This document shows positions 49,311-58,955 of a stretch of 64,000 nt of DNA, piece after piece. The stretch is from Acidobacteriota bacterium (lineage in GTDB: Bacteria; Acidobacteriota; UBA6911; RPQK01; JAJDTT01), in NCBI GenBank assembly GCA_965209055.1, contig OZ242374.1, positions 3,552,001-3,616,000 of the forward strand, in the 5' to 3' direction. Made by a program: the position numbers and the translations under genes. Each line of letters starts with the position of its first letter. The first letter of the stretch is position 1. The notes beneath the pieces were generated by a model. That model was not told the DNA's origin, ran no database searches, and saw nothing but the letters and a program-made list of their open reading frames with translations.

Positions 49311-51179
49311 ATGCCCACGGTTCGGGTCGACCGGGAGCCGCCTTTCAAGCTCTCCATGACGGTGGACTTCTTCGGCGACGGGGGCCGGGGCCTCTACACG
49401 CCCCGCACCCTGGACCTGATGATGCGGGAGGCCCGCCGCCTGGGCGTCAGCCGGGTTTACTGGCAGTACCTGGGAGACCTGGAGCAGCACCGGTACGGCG
49501 CCGGGACCAACATGCTTCGCACCCCCTGGGCGAAGTACGGACCCCGCACGTTGGCGGCCGTCGGCGAGCCGCTGGAAGCCGCCGTGGGGGCGGCTCACCG
49601 GCGCGGGCTGGAGATCTTCGGTGTCCTGAAGCCCTACCACACCGGGATGTCGGCCACCTTTCCCGAAGGCTCTCCCGAATCGGATCCCGCCACCCCCATG
49701 AGCCGGATCGGGGGCAGCCTCCAGTGCTTCAACCCCTTCATGGAGCGGTTTCCCCACACCCGGCTTCAACGCCGTCCTCTCAAGGGTCCACCGGACCTTC
49801 AGTCCCTTCCCATCCGACAGATCCGCCTGGTCAAACGGGACGATTCCCCCACCCGGATCGGGGCCCGGCACCTGGAGATCTGGAGCAGTCCGGACAACTA
49901 CCGCTACCGGCGCCGGCGGGTGGGCTTCCGGCTCGAAAAGACGGTGGAGCCCTGCTTCCAGGAAATTCGAGACTATTACGGTCAAACCGTTACCAAAAAA
50001 GGAGATCCTGTCCGGGTTCTCAATCTCACCGGCCTCGATCTTCGAGATCGCTATCTGGTGTTGGCCACAGACTTCAAAGCGGGACCCGCCGACTTCGAGA
50101 ACACGGCTCTGGGAATGATCCAGGTCTTCGGTCCGGATCGCGAACCTCTGCCCATCGTCGTGGCCACCGGCGACGCCACCTGGGTTCGGCCGCGCGACTT
50201 CCGGACTTACGGTCTGGAGTTCGACTCGGGTTACGGCACCCGCCGGTTCCATCTGGATGGCGTTCGCCGACCGGGCGCCGAAGGGACGACGCCGAAGGGA
50301 TCGCAGACCAGTTCCTGGCATGAACACCGCGCCGAGCTGGGCCGGGGGGCCGGAGGCGGTTTCATTGCATTCGCCCGGGGCAAGAACGAGTATCTTCCGG
50401 CCGCGCCGTGCGAGTTCCATCCCGAGGTGCAGCGACTCTGGAACTGGCGGGTCAACCGCATGTTGGAGAAGGGGGTCGACGGCGTGGTGCTCCGGGTCTC
50501 GGCCCATGGAACCCTCACCGACGAGCCCTATGAGTACGGATTCAACCCGCCCGTAGTGGAGGCCTACCGTAAACGCTACGGTGTCGACATCAGGCGCGAA
50601 GACTTCGATCCGGACCTCCTGGGCGCTCTCCGGGGCGAGGCCTACACCCGATTCGTCCGCGACGCTAGCGCCATGACCCGGAGAGCCGGCAAGCTCTTCC
50701 AGGTGCAGGTCCATACCGAAGCCTTCCGCCCCGATCCCGTCTTCGGTCAGCTCATGGGTTTCCCGGCCAACGTCCACTTCGCCTGGCGTCAGTGGCTGGA
50801 AGAAGGGCTCGCCGACGCCGTGACCCTGAGATCCAGTTGGTACGAGGCCGCGGAGGATCCATTGGACGGAACTCCCGCCCGGAGGAGCAAGCTGACAAAC
50901 ATTCTGGCCGACCCGGTGGTCGCCGAGGTCCTGGAGTTGACGGAACGTCTGGCCCTGCCGGTCTACCTGAACCGGTACGTCGCTCGTGCCATCCCCATCG
51001 AGGAGTATGTCGGCGACATGGAGCGGATCTGGCGGGACCGCCGCTTCGCCGGCTTCGATCTCTACGAGTTTTTCCACCTGGCCCGCGCCACGTCCGACGG
51101 TGCGCGGCTGGTCCCGGTCCAGGATCGAATGCGCCGCATCCGGCGGAAGGCCAGGGAGCTGGGTCTGGTGGAGAATTGA
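49311..51179 (+). CDS. Hypothetical TIM-barrel glycoside-hydrolase-like protein (GHL10-like) with large insertion
   Basis: LGVSRVYW, AAHRRGLEIF, GVDGVVLR, EYGFNPPVVEAYRKRYGVD. Confidence 0.55.
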   Translation: MPTVRVDREPPFKLSMTVDFFGDGGRGLYTPRTLDLMMREARRLGVSRVYWQYLGDLEQHRYGAGTNMLRTPWAKYGPRTLAAVGEPLEAAVGAAHRRGLEIFGVLKPYHTGMSATFPEGSPESDPATPMSRIGGSLQCFNPFMERFPHTRLQRRPLKGPPDLQSLPIRQIRLVKRDDSPTRIGARHLEIWSSPDNYRYRRRRVGFRLEKTVEPCFQEIRDYYGQTVTKKGDPVRVLNLTGLDLRDRYLVLATDFKAGPADFENTALGMIQVFGPDREPLPIVVATGDATWVRPRDFRTYGLEFDSGYGTRRFHLDGVRRPGAEGTTPKGSQTSSWHEHRAELGRGAGGGFIAFARGKNEYLPAAPCEFHPEVQRLWNWRVNRMLEKGVDGVVLRVSAHGTLTDEPYEYGFNPPVVEAYRKRYGVDIRREDFDPDLLGALRGEAYTRFVRDASAMTRRAGKLFQVQVHTEAFRPDPVFGQLMGFPANVHFAWRQWLEEGLADAVTLRSSWYEAAEDPLDGTPARRSKLTNILADPVVAEVLELTERLALPVYLNRYVARAIPIEEYVGDMERIWRDRRFAGFDLYEFFHLARATSDGARLVPVQDRMRRIRRKARELGLVEN

Positions 51180-51204
51180 GGCTGGCGGACCGAAGCGCTC
51201 CGGC

Positions 51205-52083
51205 TCAGAGGGAGCGGACGTCCGCCGAGTCCCTCAGTCCATCGCCGATGAAATTGACGGCCAGCACGGTCAGCGCGATGGCGGCCCCGGGCGCCATCCA
51301 GAGCCAGGGCATGCCGGCCAGGACCGTGGGAGATTGGGCCTCGTTGAGCATCCCGCCCCAACTCGGCGTGGGTGGGGGGACTCCCAGGCCCAGAAAGCTG
51401 AGGGCCGCCTCCAGCAGGATGGCGTTGGCGAACCCGAAAGTGGCGATGACGCTCAGTGGGCCCACGGTGTTGGGCAGGATGTGCCGCAGGATGACGCGGG
51501 CGTGGCCGTTGCCCAGGGAGCGGGCCGCCACGATGAACTCCTTCTCCCGGAGCACCAGGACCTCTCCCCGCACGACCCGGCAGGTGCTGGACCAGCCCAG
51601 CAGCCCGATGACCAGGGTGACCGAGGCGAGACTGGGACCCAGGAGGGACACGAACAGCATCACCATGAGCAGGACCGGGATGCTCATCATGACTTCGGTG
51701 GCCCTCATGACGGCCTGATCGACGGGACCGCCCGAATATCCCGCCAGCGCTCCCAGCAGCGAACCGATCAGCGTGGAGAGGGCGACCGCCAGGATTCCCA
51801 CGGTCAGCGAGGTGCGGCTGCCGTGGATCACGCGGCTCCAGACGTCCCTTCCGATCAGATCCGTTCCCAGCCAATGGACCGAGTCGGGCGCCTGGTTGAG
51901 ATGCTCGAGTTCCGTGTGGAAGGGGTCGTGCCGGCCCACCCAGGGAGCCAGAAGGGCGGCCAGGATGATGACTCCCAGGAATGCCGCACCGCCGCAGGCG
52001 AGCCGGTGGCGGAGGAATCGCGCCCAGGGGCCGGGACCCCGGCGGGTTCTCGCCGGTCTCTGTTCGTCTCGGGTCAGATCCAT
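51205..52083 (-). CDS. Peptide/nickel ABC transporter permease (DppC-like)
   Basis: HWLGTDLIGRD, EFIVAARSLG, HILPN, LSFLGLG. Confidence 0.92.
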   Translation of the reverse strand: MDLTRDEQRPARTRRGPGPWARFLRHRLACGGAAFLGVIILAALLAPWVGRHDPFHTELEHLNQAPDSVHWLGTDLIGRDVWSRVIHGSRTSLTVGILAVALSTLIGSLLGALAGYSGGPVDQAVMRATEVMMSIPVLLMVMLFVSLLGPSLASVTLVIGLLGWSSTCRVVRGEVLVLREKEFIVAARSLGNGHARVILRHILPNTVGPLSVIATFGFANAILLEAALSFLGLGVPPPTPSWGGMLNEAQSPTVLAGMPWLWMAPGAAIALTVLAVNFIGDGLRDSADVRSL

Positions 52084-53057
52084 GTCTTCTGCTTCTGAGT
52101 GAGACGGACTCTCGGGTCGGCGACGGCGTAGGCGATGTCGGCCGCGAGAGTGCTGATCAGGACTCCGACCCCCACCACCAGGACCACTCCCATGAGCATG
52201 GAGGGGTCGCGGTCCGCAGCCGCCCGGACGGCCATGAATCCCATCCCCGGCCAGGCGAAGACCTGTTCCGTGATCACCGCTCCCACCACCAACTCCGGCA
52301 GCAGGAATCCCAGGACGCTGATGATGGGGATGAGGGCGTTCCTCAGGACGTGCCGCAGGAAGACGACCCGCCGGGACAAACCCTTGCCGCGGGCCGTGGT
52401 CACGTGGTCCTCGCGCAGAACCTCCAGCAGGCTGCTCCTGGTGTGGCGCATCAGCAATGCCGCGTTCCGCAGTCCCAGGACCGTGGCCGGCAGCACCAGG
52501 TGCCGTAACTGATCGGCCAGGTTGGGGATGGCGCCCAGGGTCGCCATCCCTCCCGTCGGAAGCAGCCGCAGATGGACACCGAACAGGTAGATGGCCAGCA
52601 GGCCCAGAAAAAAGGTCGGGGTCGAGATCAGGAGCATGGTGAAGGAACTGAGGGCGTAGTCCAGCCGCGAGTGTTGCTTGAGCGCGGCCAGCGCGCCGAA
52701 TGGAACACCCAGGACGATACCGAACAGCAGGGCCGCCCCCATGAGTTTCAGGCTGACGGGTAGACGGGTCCGAAGCTCGTCGCCCACCGACCGGCGGGTC
52801 GCCACCGAGTAACCCAGATCCCCTTGGACCAGGCCCGACAGCCACCTGACGTATTGGACGGGGATCGGTTGATCCAGACCCAGCTCGCGGCGGCGCTCCT
52901 CGATCCATTCCGGCGACTGCTGAGCCAGGATGCTGGGATCGATCCGGGCCAGAATCGGGTCTCCGGGAGCGAGGGCCAGGGCCGCGAAGGCGACGAAGGT
53001 GATCCCCAACAGGACCGGGATCGCGATGAGCAGGCGGCGGAGCAGGTAACGGCCCAT
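52074..53057 (-). CDS. Peptide/nickel ABC transporter permease (DppB-like)
   Basis: APGDP, LGLDQP, GDLGYS, TARGKGL, HVLRNAL, EQVFAWPGMG. Confidence 0.92.
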   Translation of the reverse strand: MGRYLLRRLLIAIPVLLGITFVAFAALALAPGDPILARIDPSILAQQSPEWIEERRRELGLDQPIPVQYVRWLSGLVQGDLGYSVATRRSVGDELRTRLPVSLKLMGAALLFGIVLGVPFGALAALKQHSRLDYALSSFTMLLISTPTFFLGLLAIYLFGVHLRLLPTGGMATLGAIPNLADQLRHLVLPATVLGLRNAALLMRHTRSSLLEVLREDHVTTARGKGLSRRVVFLRHVLRNALIPIISVLGFLLPELVVGAVITEQVFAWPGMGFMAVRAAADRDPSMLMGVVLVVGVGVLISTLAADIAYAVADPRVRLTQKQKTWI

Positions 53058-53067
53058 GGATGGTCCG

Positions 53068-54687
53068 CTAAGGATTCAGGGTCCAGGTCTCGACGTTGCC
53101 GAATGTCCGGCGTGCGTCACGGTGCAGAGCGAAGCCTCCCCCCAGCCGCCGGTGACGCGCGTGGACCTCGTCGAGCGCCCAGAGAGGCATGATGGGCAGA
53201 TCCCGGTTCAGCAGGCGGGCGGCCTGGAAGTAGATCTCGCGCCGCCGGTCCGGGTCCACGGTGGCCGTCGCTTCCTCGAAGTAACGATCCAGGTCGCAAT
53301 TGGTATAGCCGTACTGCCAATCGTGCCGTTGGCAGTTGAAGTAGGTGGAGGTCACATGAGGCCCAAGGCCGTAGGCGCCGCCGTGGGAGCCGGACATCTC
53401 GTAGGTGTCCCGCTGCTCGTAGCGGCGGGCGATGTACGCCGTCGACTCCATGGCATGCAACTCCAACCTCAGGCCCAGGGCTCTCAACTGCTGCCCGATG
53501 ATGGGATAGATCTGAGCCGCGCTGGGATAGGTCTGGTCGTAGATGAGGCGAAGGGGTGTTGCCGTGTCGAAGCCCGATGCCCTCAGCAATCTCTTTGCCC
53601 TTTCCAGGTCATACTCGTAGGGGTCCAGTCTCGCGTCCGGCTCCATGCCCAGCGGGATCCCATCCATGGGTTTGGCCCGGCCCCGGAAGAGGGTCCGGGC
53701 GACGAGCTTCCGGTCGATGGCGCAGTAGATGGCCTGGCGCAAGCGCCGGTCCTGAACCACGGGGCGGTCCAGGGGAAATCCTACCGAGATCATGCCGATG
53801 CCGGGACGGGTCGTCGTCTCCAGATGGGACAGTTCCGCCAATCGGTCGTAGTCCAGCAACTGAAGCCGCATTCCCAGGTCCAGCTCGCCGCTCTCCAATT
53901 GCGCCACCGTCACCTCGGGCCGGAGACGCTTCATGTAGACCTTGCGGATCGAAGGAGCGCCCCGGAAGTAGTCCGGGTTCGACTCCAACTCCACGTAGAG
54001 ATCGGTCAGGTATTTCACGAAACGAAAGGGGCCGGTGCCCACTGGACGAGTGGTGGTGAAGGAAGCCGACTGCACGGCGTCCGGCTCGATTCCCGCCAGG
54101 AGGTGAGCCGGCATGATCACCATGGACGGTTCGGCGAGCTTCTGCAGGAACGTGACGTCGGGTCCCCGAAGCGTGATTCGGACCGTGAAGTCGTCGAGTG
54201 CCTCCAGACCCTCCAGCCTGTCGGAGTTTCCGTCCTCGTAGGATTCCGCTCCGGCGATCGCCCCGGCGTACTTGACGTACCGGTAGGGCTCCAGGAGTTG
54301 ACGGCTGAAGCTGAACACCACGTCCCGGGCCGTGAAGGGTTCGCCGTCGTGCCAGTGGACGTTTTGCCGCAAGCGGAACGTGAAGATGCGGGCGTCGGGC
54401 GAAACCTCCCAACTCTCGGCCAGGTCGGGAAGTACGGTCGCCAGATTCGGACCGAGCCGCACCAGTTTGTTGAAGACGAGAAAGAAAATGACGGCCTGAC
54501 TGAAGGTTTCGTATCCGGACGGGTGCCACATGGGCGTCAGATCACCCTGCCACGCGAAACGGAGGCTCTCGGAACGGTCGGCGCCGGTGTCGGGAACAAC
54601 GCCCGGGTCGATCCCGGGGGCGCACGACGAGGTCCACGCCAGCAGAACGGCCAGTTTGGCCACCAGGAGGCTGCGGTTACGAATCAT
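53068..54687 (-). CDS. ABC transporter substrate-binding lipoprotein, family 5
   Basis: Lipobox TSSC; PDLAESW, WHDGEPFTARDV, PVGTGPF. Confidence 0.92.
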   Translation of the reverse strand: MIRNRSLLVAKLAVLLAWTSSCAPGIDPGVVPDTGADRSESLRFAWQGDLTPMWHPSGYETFSQAVIFFLVFNKLVRLGPNLATVLPDLAESWEVSPDARIFTFRLRQNVHWHDGEPFTARDVVFSFSRQLLEPYRYVKYAGAIAGAESYEDGNSDRLEGLEALDDFTVRITLRGPDVTFLQKLAEPSMVIMPAHLLAGIEPDAVQSASFTTTRPVGTGPFRFVKYLTDLYVELESNPDYFRGAPSIRKVYMKRLRPEVTVAQLESGELDLGMRLQLLDYDRLAELSHLETTTRPGIGMISVGFPLDRPVVQDRRLRQAIYCAIDRKLVARTLFRGRAKPMDGIPLGMEPDARLDPYEYDLERAKRLLRASGFDTATPLRLIYDQTYPSAAQIYPIIGQQLRALGLRLELHAMESTAYIARRYEQRDTYEMSGSHGGAYGLGPHVTSTYFNCQRHDWQYGYTNCDLDRYFEEATATVDPDRRREIYFQAARLLNRDLPIMPLWALDEVHARHRRLGGGFALHRDARRTFGNVETWTLNP

Positions 54688-55819
54688 CGGCGGGCGGAGA
54701 GCCGTCCTTTGCGGTGGCGCGGTAGAAGGTGGTGCCGTCGGGCTTTTGCCACTGGAACGGCGGGCTCGTCTCGCGATCCTGAAGGGGCAATTGGAGTTTG
54801 ACGTTGCCTCTCCGGGAGGATTCGTGGGTCGCCAGGATCAGCTCCAGGGCATTCCGGGCCGTGATTCCGTTGGAGAGGGGCTCGCGGCCTGTTTCCACCG
54901 CCTCCAGCAGGTCTTCCAGCAGGTAAACCATGGGCGCGGTATGGTGCATCATCTGGGGGAAGGGGTGTTCCAGGAGCTCCCGGAACACGCTCCCGGAGTT
55001 GGTCTTCCGGAGGCGGACTTCGGTGGTCCCGATGCTGAGCACGCCCTTGGTGCCGTTCACCTCCACCCGGTAGCCGGCATGACTGTCCCTGCCGTTGAAG
55101 AACGCCCGAATCCCATTCGGATACACGGCATAGAGGCTGCCGCCCAGATCCCGTCCCCGCTGCGTGGGAATGGCCACCATGGATATTTCGGGATCTTCCG
55201 AGTGTCCCACGACCCACACCGGCGGTTTGTCTCCAGCCAGGCAGTTCACCAGGTCGAACCAGTGGGTTCCCGACAGGAAAAGACGGCCGGGCCAGGTGGC
55301 GACGATGCTGAGGACCTGCCCGATTCCCCCCTCGTCCAGGAGGCGGCGGGAACGGAGGATCAGAGGGTCGCCTCTGCGGGTGTGGTTGACGGCCAGGCTG
55401 GTGCCGCTCTCACGGCAGGACGCGATCATCCGGTCGGCCAGAGCCAGCGTGGTGGTGAAGGGTTTCTCGCAGAAAATGCCCTTCACGCCGTTGCCGGCGC
55501 AGTCGACGACCTGGGAAGCGTGGAAATCCGGAGGGCTGGCGATGGCGACGATCTCGGGACGCTCGGCCTCGAGCATCTCGCGGTGGTCCGAATAGAGGGC
55601 ATCGACCCCCCATCGTTTCCCGAAGTCCTCCAAGCGTTCCCCGTCCGGATCCGCACCCGCCACCAACCGGGTGCGCGGATGGGTCTTCAGGATCTCCGCG
55701 TGTCCGAAAGGAAGCAGGATTCGGCCCGGCGCGTCCTGGAGCTCGTCCATGCAGTAGCTGCCCATGGAGCCGCAACCGATGAGGGCGGCCGAGTAGATCT
55801 TCCCGGGGTCGTGCACCAT
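54677..55819 (-). CDS. Gfo/Idh/MocA oxidoreductase
   Basis: IGCGSMG, FCEKP, GTHWFD. Confidence 0.9.
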   Translation of the reverse strand: MVHDPGKIYSAALIGCGSMGSYCMDELQDAPGRILLPFGHAEILKTHPRTRLVAGADPDGERLEDFGKRWGVDALYSDHREMLEAERPEIVAIASPPDFHASQVVDCAGNGVKGIFCEKPFTTTLALADRMIASCRESGTSLAVNHTRRGDPLILRSRRLLDEGGIGQVLSIVATWPGRLFLSGTHWFDLVNCLAGDKPPVWVVGHSEDPEISMVAIPTQRGRDLGGSLYAVYPNGIRAFFNGRDSHAGYRVEVNGTKGVLSIGTTEVRLRKTNSGSVFRELLEHPFPQMMHHTAPMVYLLEDLLEAVETGREPLSNGITARNALELILATHESSRRGNVKLQLPLQDRETSPPFQWQKPDGTTFYRATAKDGSPPADDS

Positions 55820-55932
55820 GTTCGTCAGGCTCCCGAATTCAGAGGAGAAGAGTCCGTCTCAGGGCGATTCATCATATTGGATCGAGGACGGCTGCGCGAG
55901 TCCCAATGCCAAGCCTCGAAGCCACGGGGTGT

Positions 55933-55976
55933 GGTCAACCAGGACTGTTGACCGGGCCCCGGTGGTTGGATATCTT
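55933..55976 (+). promoter_or_regulatory. Sigma70 promoter with palindromic operator over the -35 box
   Basis: TTGACC-N17-TATCTT (55948-55976); GGTCAAC-N7-GTTGACC (55933-55953). Confidence 0.6.
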
Positions 55977-56047
55977 TCGCTTCAATACCGGCGTGAAGTC
56001 TTACTTGAAGTCATTGGAAAAGATCAGGCAACTTAGGAGATAGTAAA

Positions 56048-57409
56048 TTGCAAATAGTTAACAAAAAAGGAAATAAAAGAATCCTGGGTCAGAAGATGTA
56101 CGACCGGGCCCGGGAGCTCATCCCAGGCGCGACGCAGCTTTACGGCAAGCGCCAGGAGATGACCGCTCCGGGGCAATGGCCAGCCTATTTCACTGAGGCC
56201 CGGGGCTGTGAGACGGTGGACCCGGACGGAAATCACTACATCGACATGTCCATGTGCGGCATCGGCGCCACACTCTTGGGCTATGCCGATCCTGATGTCA
56301 CCGAAGCGGTGATCCGGCGGGTCCGCAATGGCTGCATGTCTTCCTTGAATCCTCCCGACGAGGTGGAATTGGCCGAGTTGGTGCTGGAGCTCCACCCTTG
56401 GGCTCAAATGGTCCGGTTCGGGCGCCTCGGTGGAGAAAGCATGACCATCGCGGTGCGGATCGCCCGGGCCTATACCGGACGGGACAAGGTGGCCTTCTGC
56501 GGCTACCACGGTTGGCACGACTGGTATCTGGCCGCCAACATTCCGGTGGACGCCAGCGAGGAGACGGTGGACCGGTTGGGAGGCGGGCACCTGATGCCGG
56601 GATTGGAACCGGCCGGAGTGCCCAGCGGACTCGCCGGCACCGCCATGCCCTTCACCTACAACCGGATCGAGGAACTCAGGGCCATCGTGGACCGGCACGG
56701 CTCGAATCTGGCCGCCATCGTCATGGAGCCGACGCGCAACTTCGATCCCGATCCCGGTTTTCTGGAAGAGATTCGTGAACTGGCCACCCGCTGCGGAGCC
56801 TGTCTGATCATGGACGAGATCACCATCGGCTGGCGGCTGTGGTTGGGAGGCGCCCATCTCAAATATGGGCTGGAGCCTGATATGGCGGTTTTCGCCAAGA
56901 CCACCGGAAACGGGCATCCCCTCTCGGCGGTGGTGGGCCGGCGCGACATCATGCAGGCCGCCCAGAACAGCTTCATCTCCAGCGCGCTCTGGACGGAGGC
57001 GGTGGGTCCGACGGCCGCGCTGGCCACCATCCGCAAGTTCCAGCGGGTGGACGTTCGTTCACACGTGGCCCGGATCGGGGAGGCGGCGCGGCAGGGACTG
57101 AAGGAGCTGGCAGACCGATGCGGCGTTCCCTTCGGCGCCACCGGTCATCCGGCTCTCACCTTCTACCATTTCGACCACCCTGAAGCGGCCGCTCTCCAGA
57201 CCCTTTGGACCGTGCGCATGCTGGATTTGGGTTTCCTCGTGGCGGGCGGCTTCTATCCCACGTTTGCCCACCAGGAGACGCATGTGGAGCAGTTCCTGGA
57301 GGCCTGCGAGCCGGTTTTCCAGGAACTGGCTGAGGCGATTCAGAAGGGGGATATCGAGCCGCGGATCGGCGGTCCGGTGAAACACACCGGGTTCCGGCGG
57401 CTCGTTTAG
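56048..57409 (+). CDS. Class III PLP aminotransferase (glutamate-1-semialdehyde aminomutase-like)
   Basis: DPDGNHYID, GYHGWHDW, IMDEITIGWR, PDMAVFAK; AGGAGA RBS before TTG. Confidence 0.9.
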   Translation: MQIVNKKGNKRILGQKMYDRARELIPGATQLYGKRQEMTAPGQWPAYFTEARGCETVDPDGNHYIDMSMCGIGATLLGYADPDVTEAVIRRVRNGCMSSLNPPDEVELAELVLELHPWAQMVRFGRLGGESMTIAVRIARAYTGRDKVAFCGYHGWHDWYLAANIPVDASEETVDRLGGGHLMPGLEPAGVPSGLAGTAMPFTYNRIEELRAIVDRHGSNLAAIVMEPTRNFDPDPGFLEEIRELATRCGACLIMDEITIGWRLWLGGAHLKYGLEPDMAVFAKTTGNGHPLSAVVGRRDIMQAAQNSFISSALWTEAVGPTAALATIRKFQRVDVRSHVARIGEAARQGLKELADRCGVPFGATGHPALTFYHFDHPEAAALQTLWTVRMLDLGFLVAGGFYPTFAHQETHVEQFLEACEPVFQELAEAIQKGDIEPRIGGPVKHTGFRRLV

Positions 57410-57412
57410 TCC

Positions 57413-57501
57413 AGAGGGGCGACTTCCAGTCGCCCACGCTTTCTCCGGAGGGAGTCCGGCGGTTAGGAAAGGGAGTCCGGCGGTTAGGAAACCGCCGCTC
57501 C
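57413..57501. repeat. REP doublet copy with internal 21-bp duplication
   Basis: GAGGGGCGACTTCCAGTCGCCC ... (GGGAGTCCGGCGGTTAGGAAA)x2 CCGCCGCTCC. Confidence 0.8.
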
Positions 57502-57510
57502 CGCTCCCGC

Positions 57511-58830
57511 TCAACCCGCCTGGATGGTCCGCTTCACCGGATCGAAGGTCATGCGCCTTCCGGCCCAGTAGGCATCGTTGGACATGATGCAAGCGATGGA
57601 ATGGGCGTAACCGTGGTCGACGTTGCAGTAGAGCCTCTTGGCGTCCCGCTGGCGAACCGCATCGAGCCAATTGGCCATGTGGCTGACTTCGCCCGGAGCA
57701 TCGGGCACCTCGACCATGTCGGCAATCTTCCCGTCGGCTTTGACGCCCTTGCCGGTGAATCGCCAACCGTGAGACGGATCGGCGTTGGGCTCCTCCTTGC
57801 CCTGTTTCCAGTCCATCCCGCCGCCGGGTGAAAAGCTGCCCAGGGTCCCGTGGACCTGCGTCGCCTTCCCGTAGCCGTTGATGAGATTGGTGGAGTAGAC
57901 GGCCAGGAGTTTCTTGCCGTCCTTCTCATATTCCAGGGCCGCTTCCAAGGTGTCGGGATTCTCTCTCCAGTCCTTGTACCGGTAGATGCCGCCGTGGGCC
58001 ACGGCGCTCAACGGCGTCGTCACCCCGGCCAACATGTGGGCCAAGTCGATGCCGTGAGTCATCCACTGGTCGATGATGCCGCTGGAGAAGTCCTTCCAGA
58101 GGCGGAAGCAGCGGAAGATCCTGGCGTCGAAAGGACGATCCGGTCTTCCCATGAGCCAGCTCTTCCAATCCACGTCGCTCTCTTTGACCATGGCGCGCTG
58201 CTCGGCTCGCCCGGCCCAACGGTAGGGGCTGTAGGCGTTCCAGAGGATATCCACCTTGACCACGTCGCCGATGATGCCGTCGGCGATCATCTCGGCCGCC
58301 TGCCGGTACTTGGGCCAGGAGCGCCTCTGGGTCCCGATCTGAACGATGGTTCCGGCCTCCTTGACCGCGTCGAGGGCGTCGTTGGCCTCTGCCAGGACAT
58401 TGGACATGGGTTTTTCGCAGTAGGCGTCCTTGCCGGCCTTGGCGGCCGCCGTCAGGACCTGGGCGTGGGCGTGGTCGGGAGTGGCGATGATGACGGCGTC
58501 CACGTCGGCGTCGGCCAGGATCTCTTCGTGGTGACGGTAAACCTTGGGAGCCTGTCCCTGGTTCTCCGTCACGAACTTGGAGGCCTTGTCCCGATGGTAG
58601 CTCCAGAGATCGGCGATCGCCGTCAGGTGAGCGTTGAAGCGATTGTTGTCGGCAAAAAAGTTCTTGAGGAGGCTTGTGCCGCGGCCGCCCGGACCCACGA
58701 TCCCCACGTTGAGCCGGTTGTTCACGTTGCGGGCGCTGGCGATTCCGGGGAAACCGGCGACGGCCAATCCTGCCCCCGCTCCTGCGGAACGAGACAGAAA
58801 CCGACGGCGGCTGATGGATGACTTGCTCAT
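57511..58830 (-). CDS. Tat-exported Gfo/Idh/MocA oxidoreductase
   Basis: SRRRFL; VGPGGRG, ATPDHAH, YCEKP, QIGTQRRS, QWMTHGID. Confidence 0.92.
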   Translation of the reverse strand: MSKSSISRRRFLSRSAGAGAGLAVAGFPGIASARNVNNRLNVGIVGPGGRGTSLLKNFFADNNRFNAHLTAIADLWSYHRDKASKFVTENQGQAPKVYRHHEEILADADVDAVIIATPDHAHAQVLTAAAKAGKDAYCEKPMSNVLAEANDALDAVKEAGTIVQIGTQRRSWPKYRQAAEMIADGIIGDVVKVDILWNAYSPYRWAGRAEQRAMVKESDVDWKSWLMGRPDRPFDARIFRCFRLWKDFSSGIIDQWMTHGIDLAHMLAGVTTPLSAVAHGGIYRYKDWRENPDTLEAALEYEKDGKKLLAVYSTNLINGYGKATQVHGTLGSFSPGGGMDWKQGKEEPNADPSHGWRFTGKGVKADGKIADMVEVPDAPGEVSHMANWLDAVRQRDAKRLYCNVDHGYAHSIACIMSNDAYWAGRRMTFDPVKRTIQAG

Positions 58831-58955
58831 GACGACTCCTTTTTTCCGGTGCATGGCTCCCGGTCCGAGGGCGCTCGAAGACGGGATTAAGACGATTATG
58901 GACGCCGGCCCCTGCGGTCGACTGCCGCCATGGTAGCGGAACCGGCGCCGGAGGA

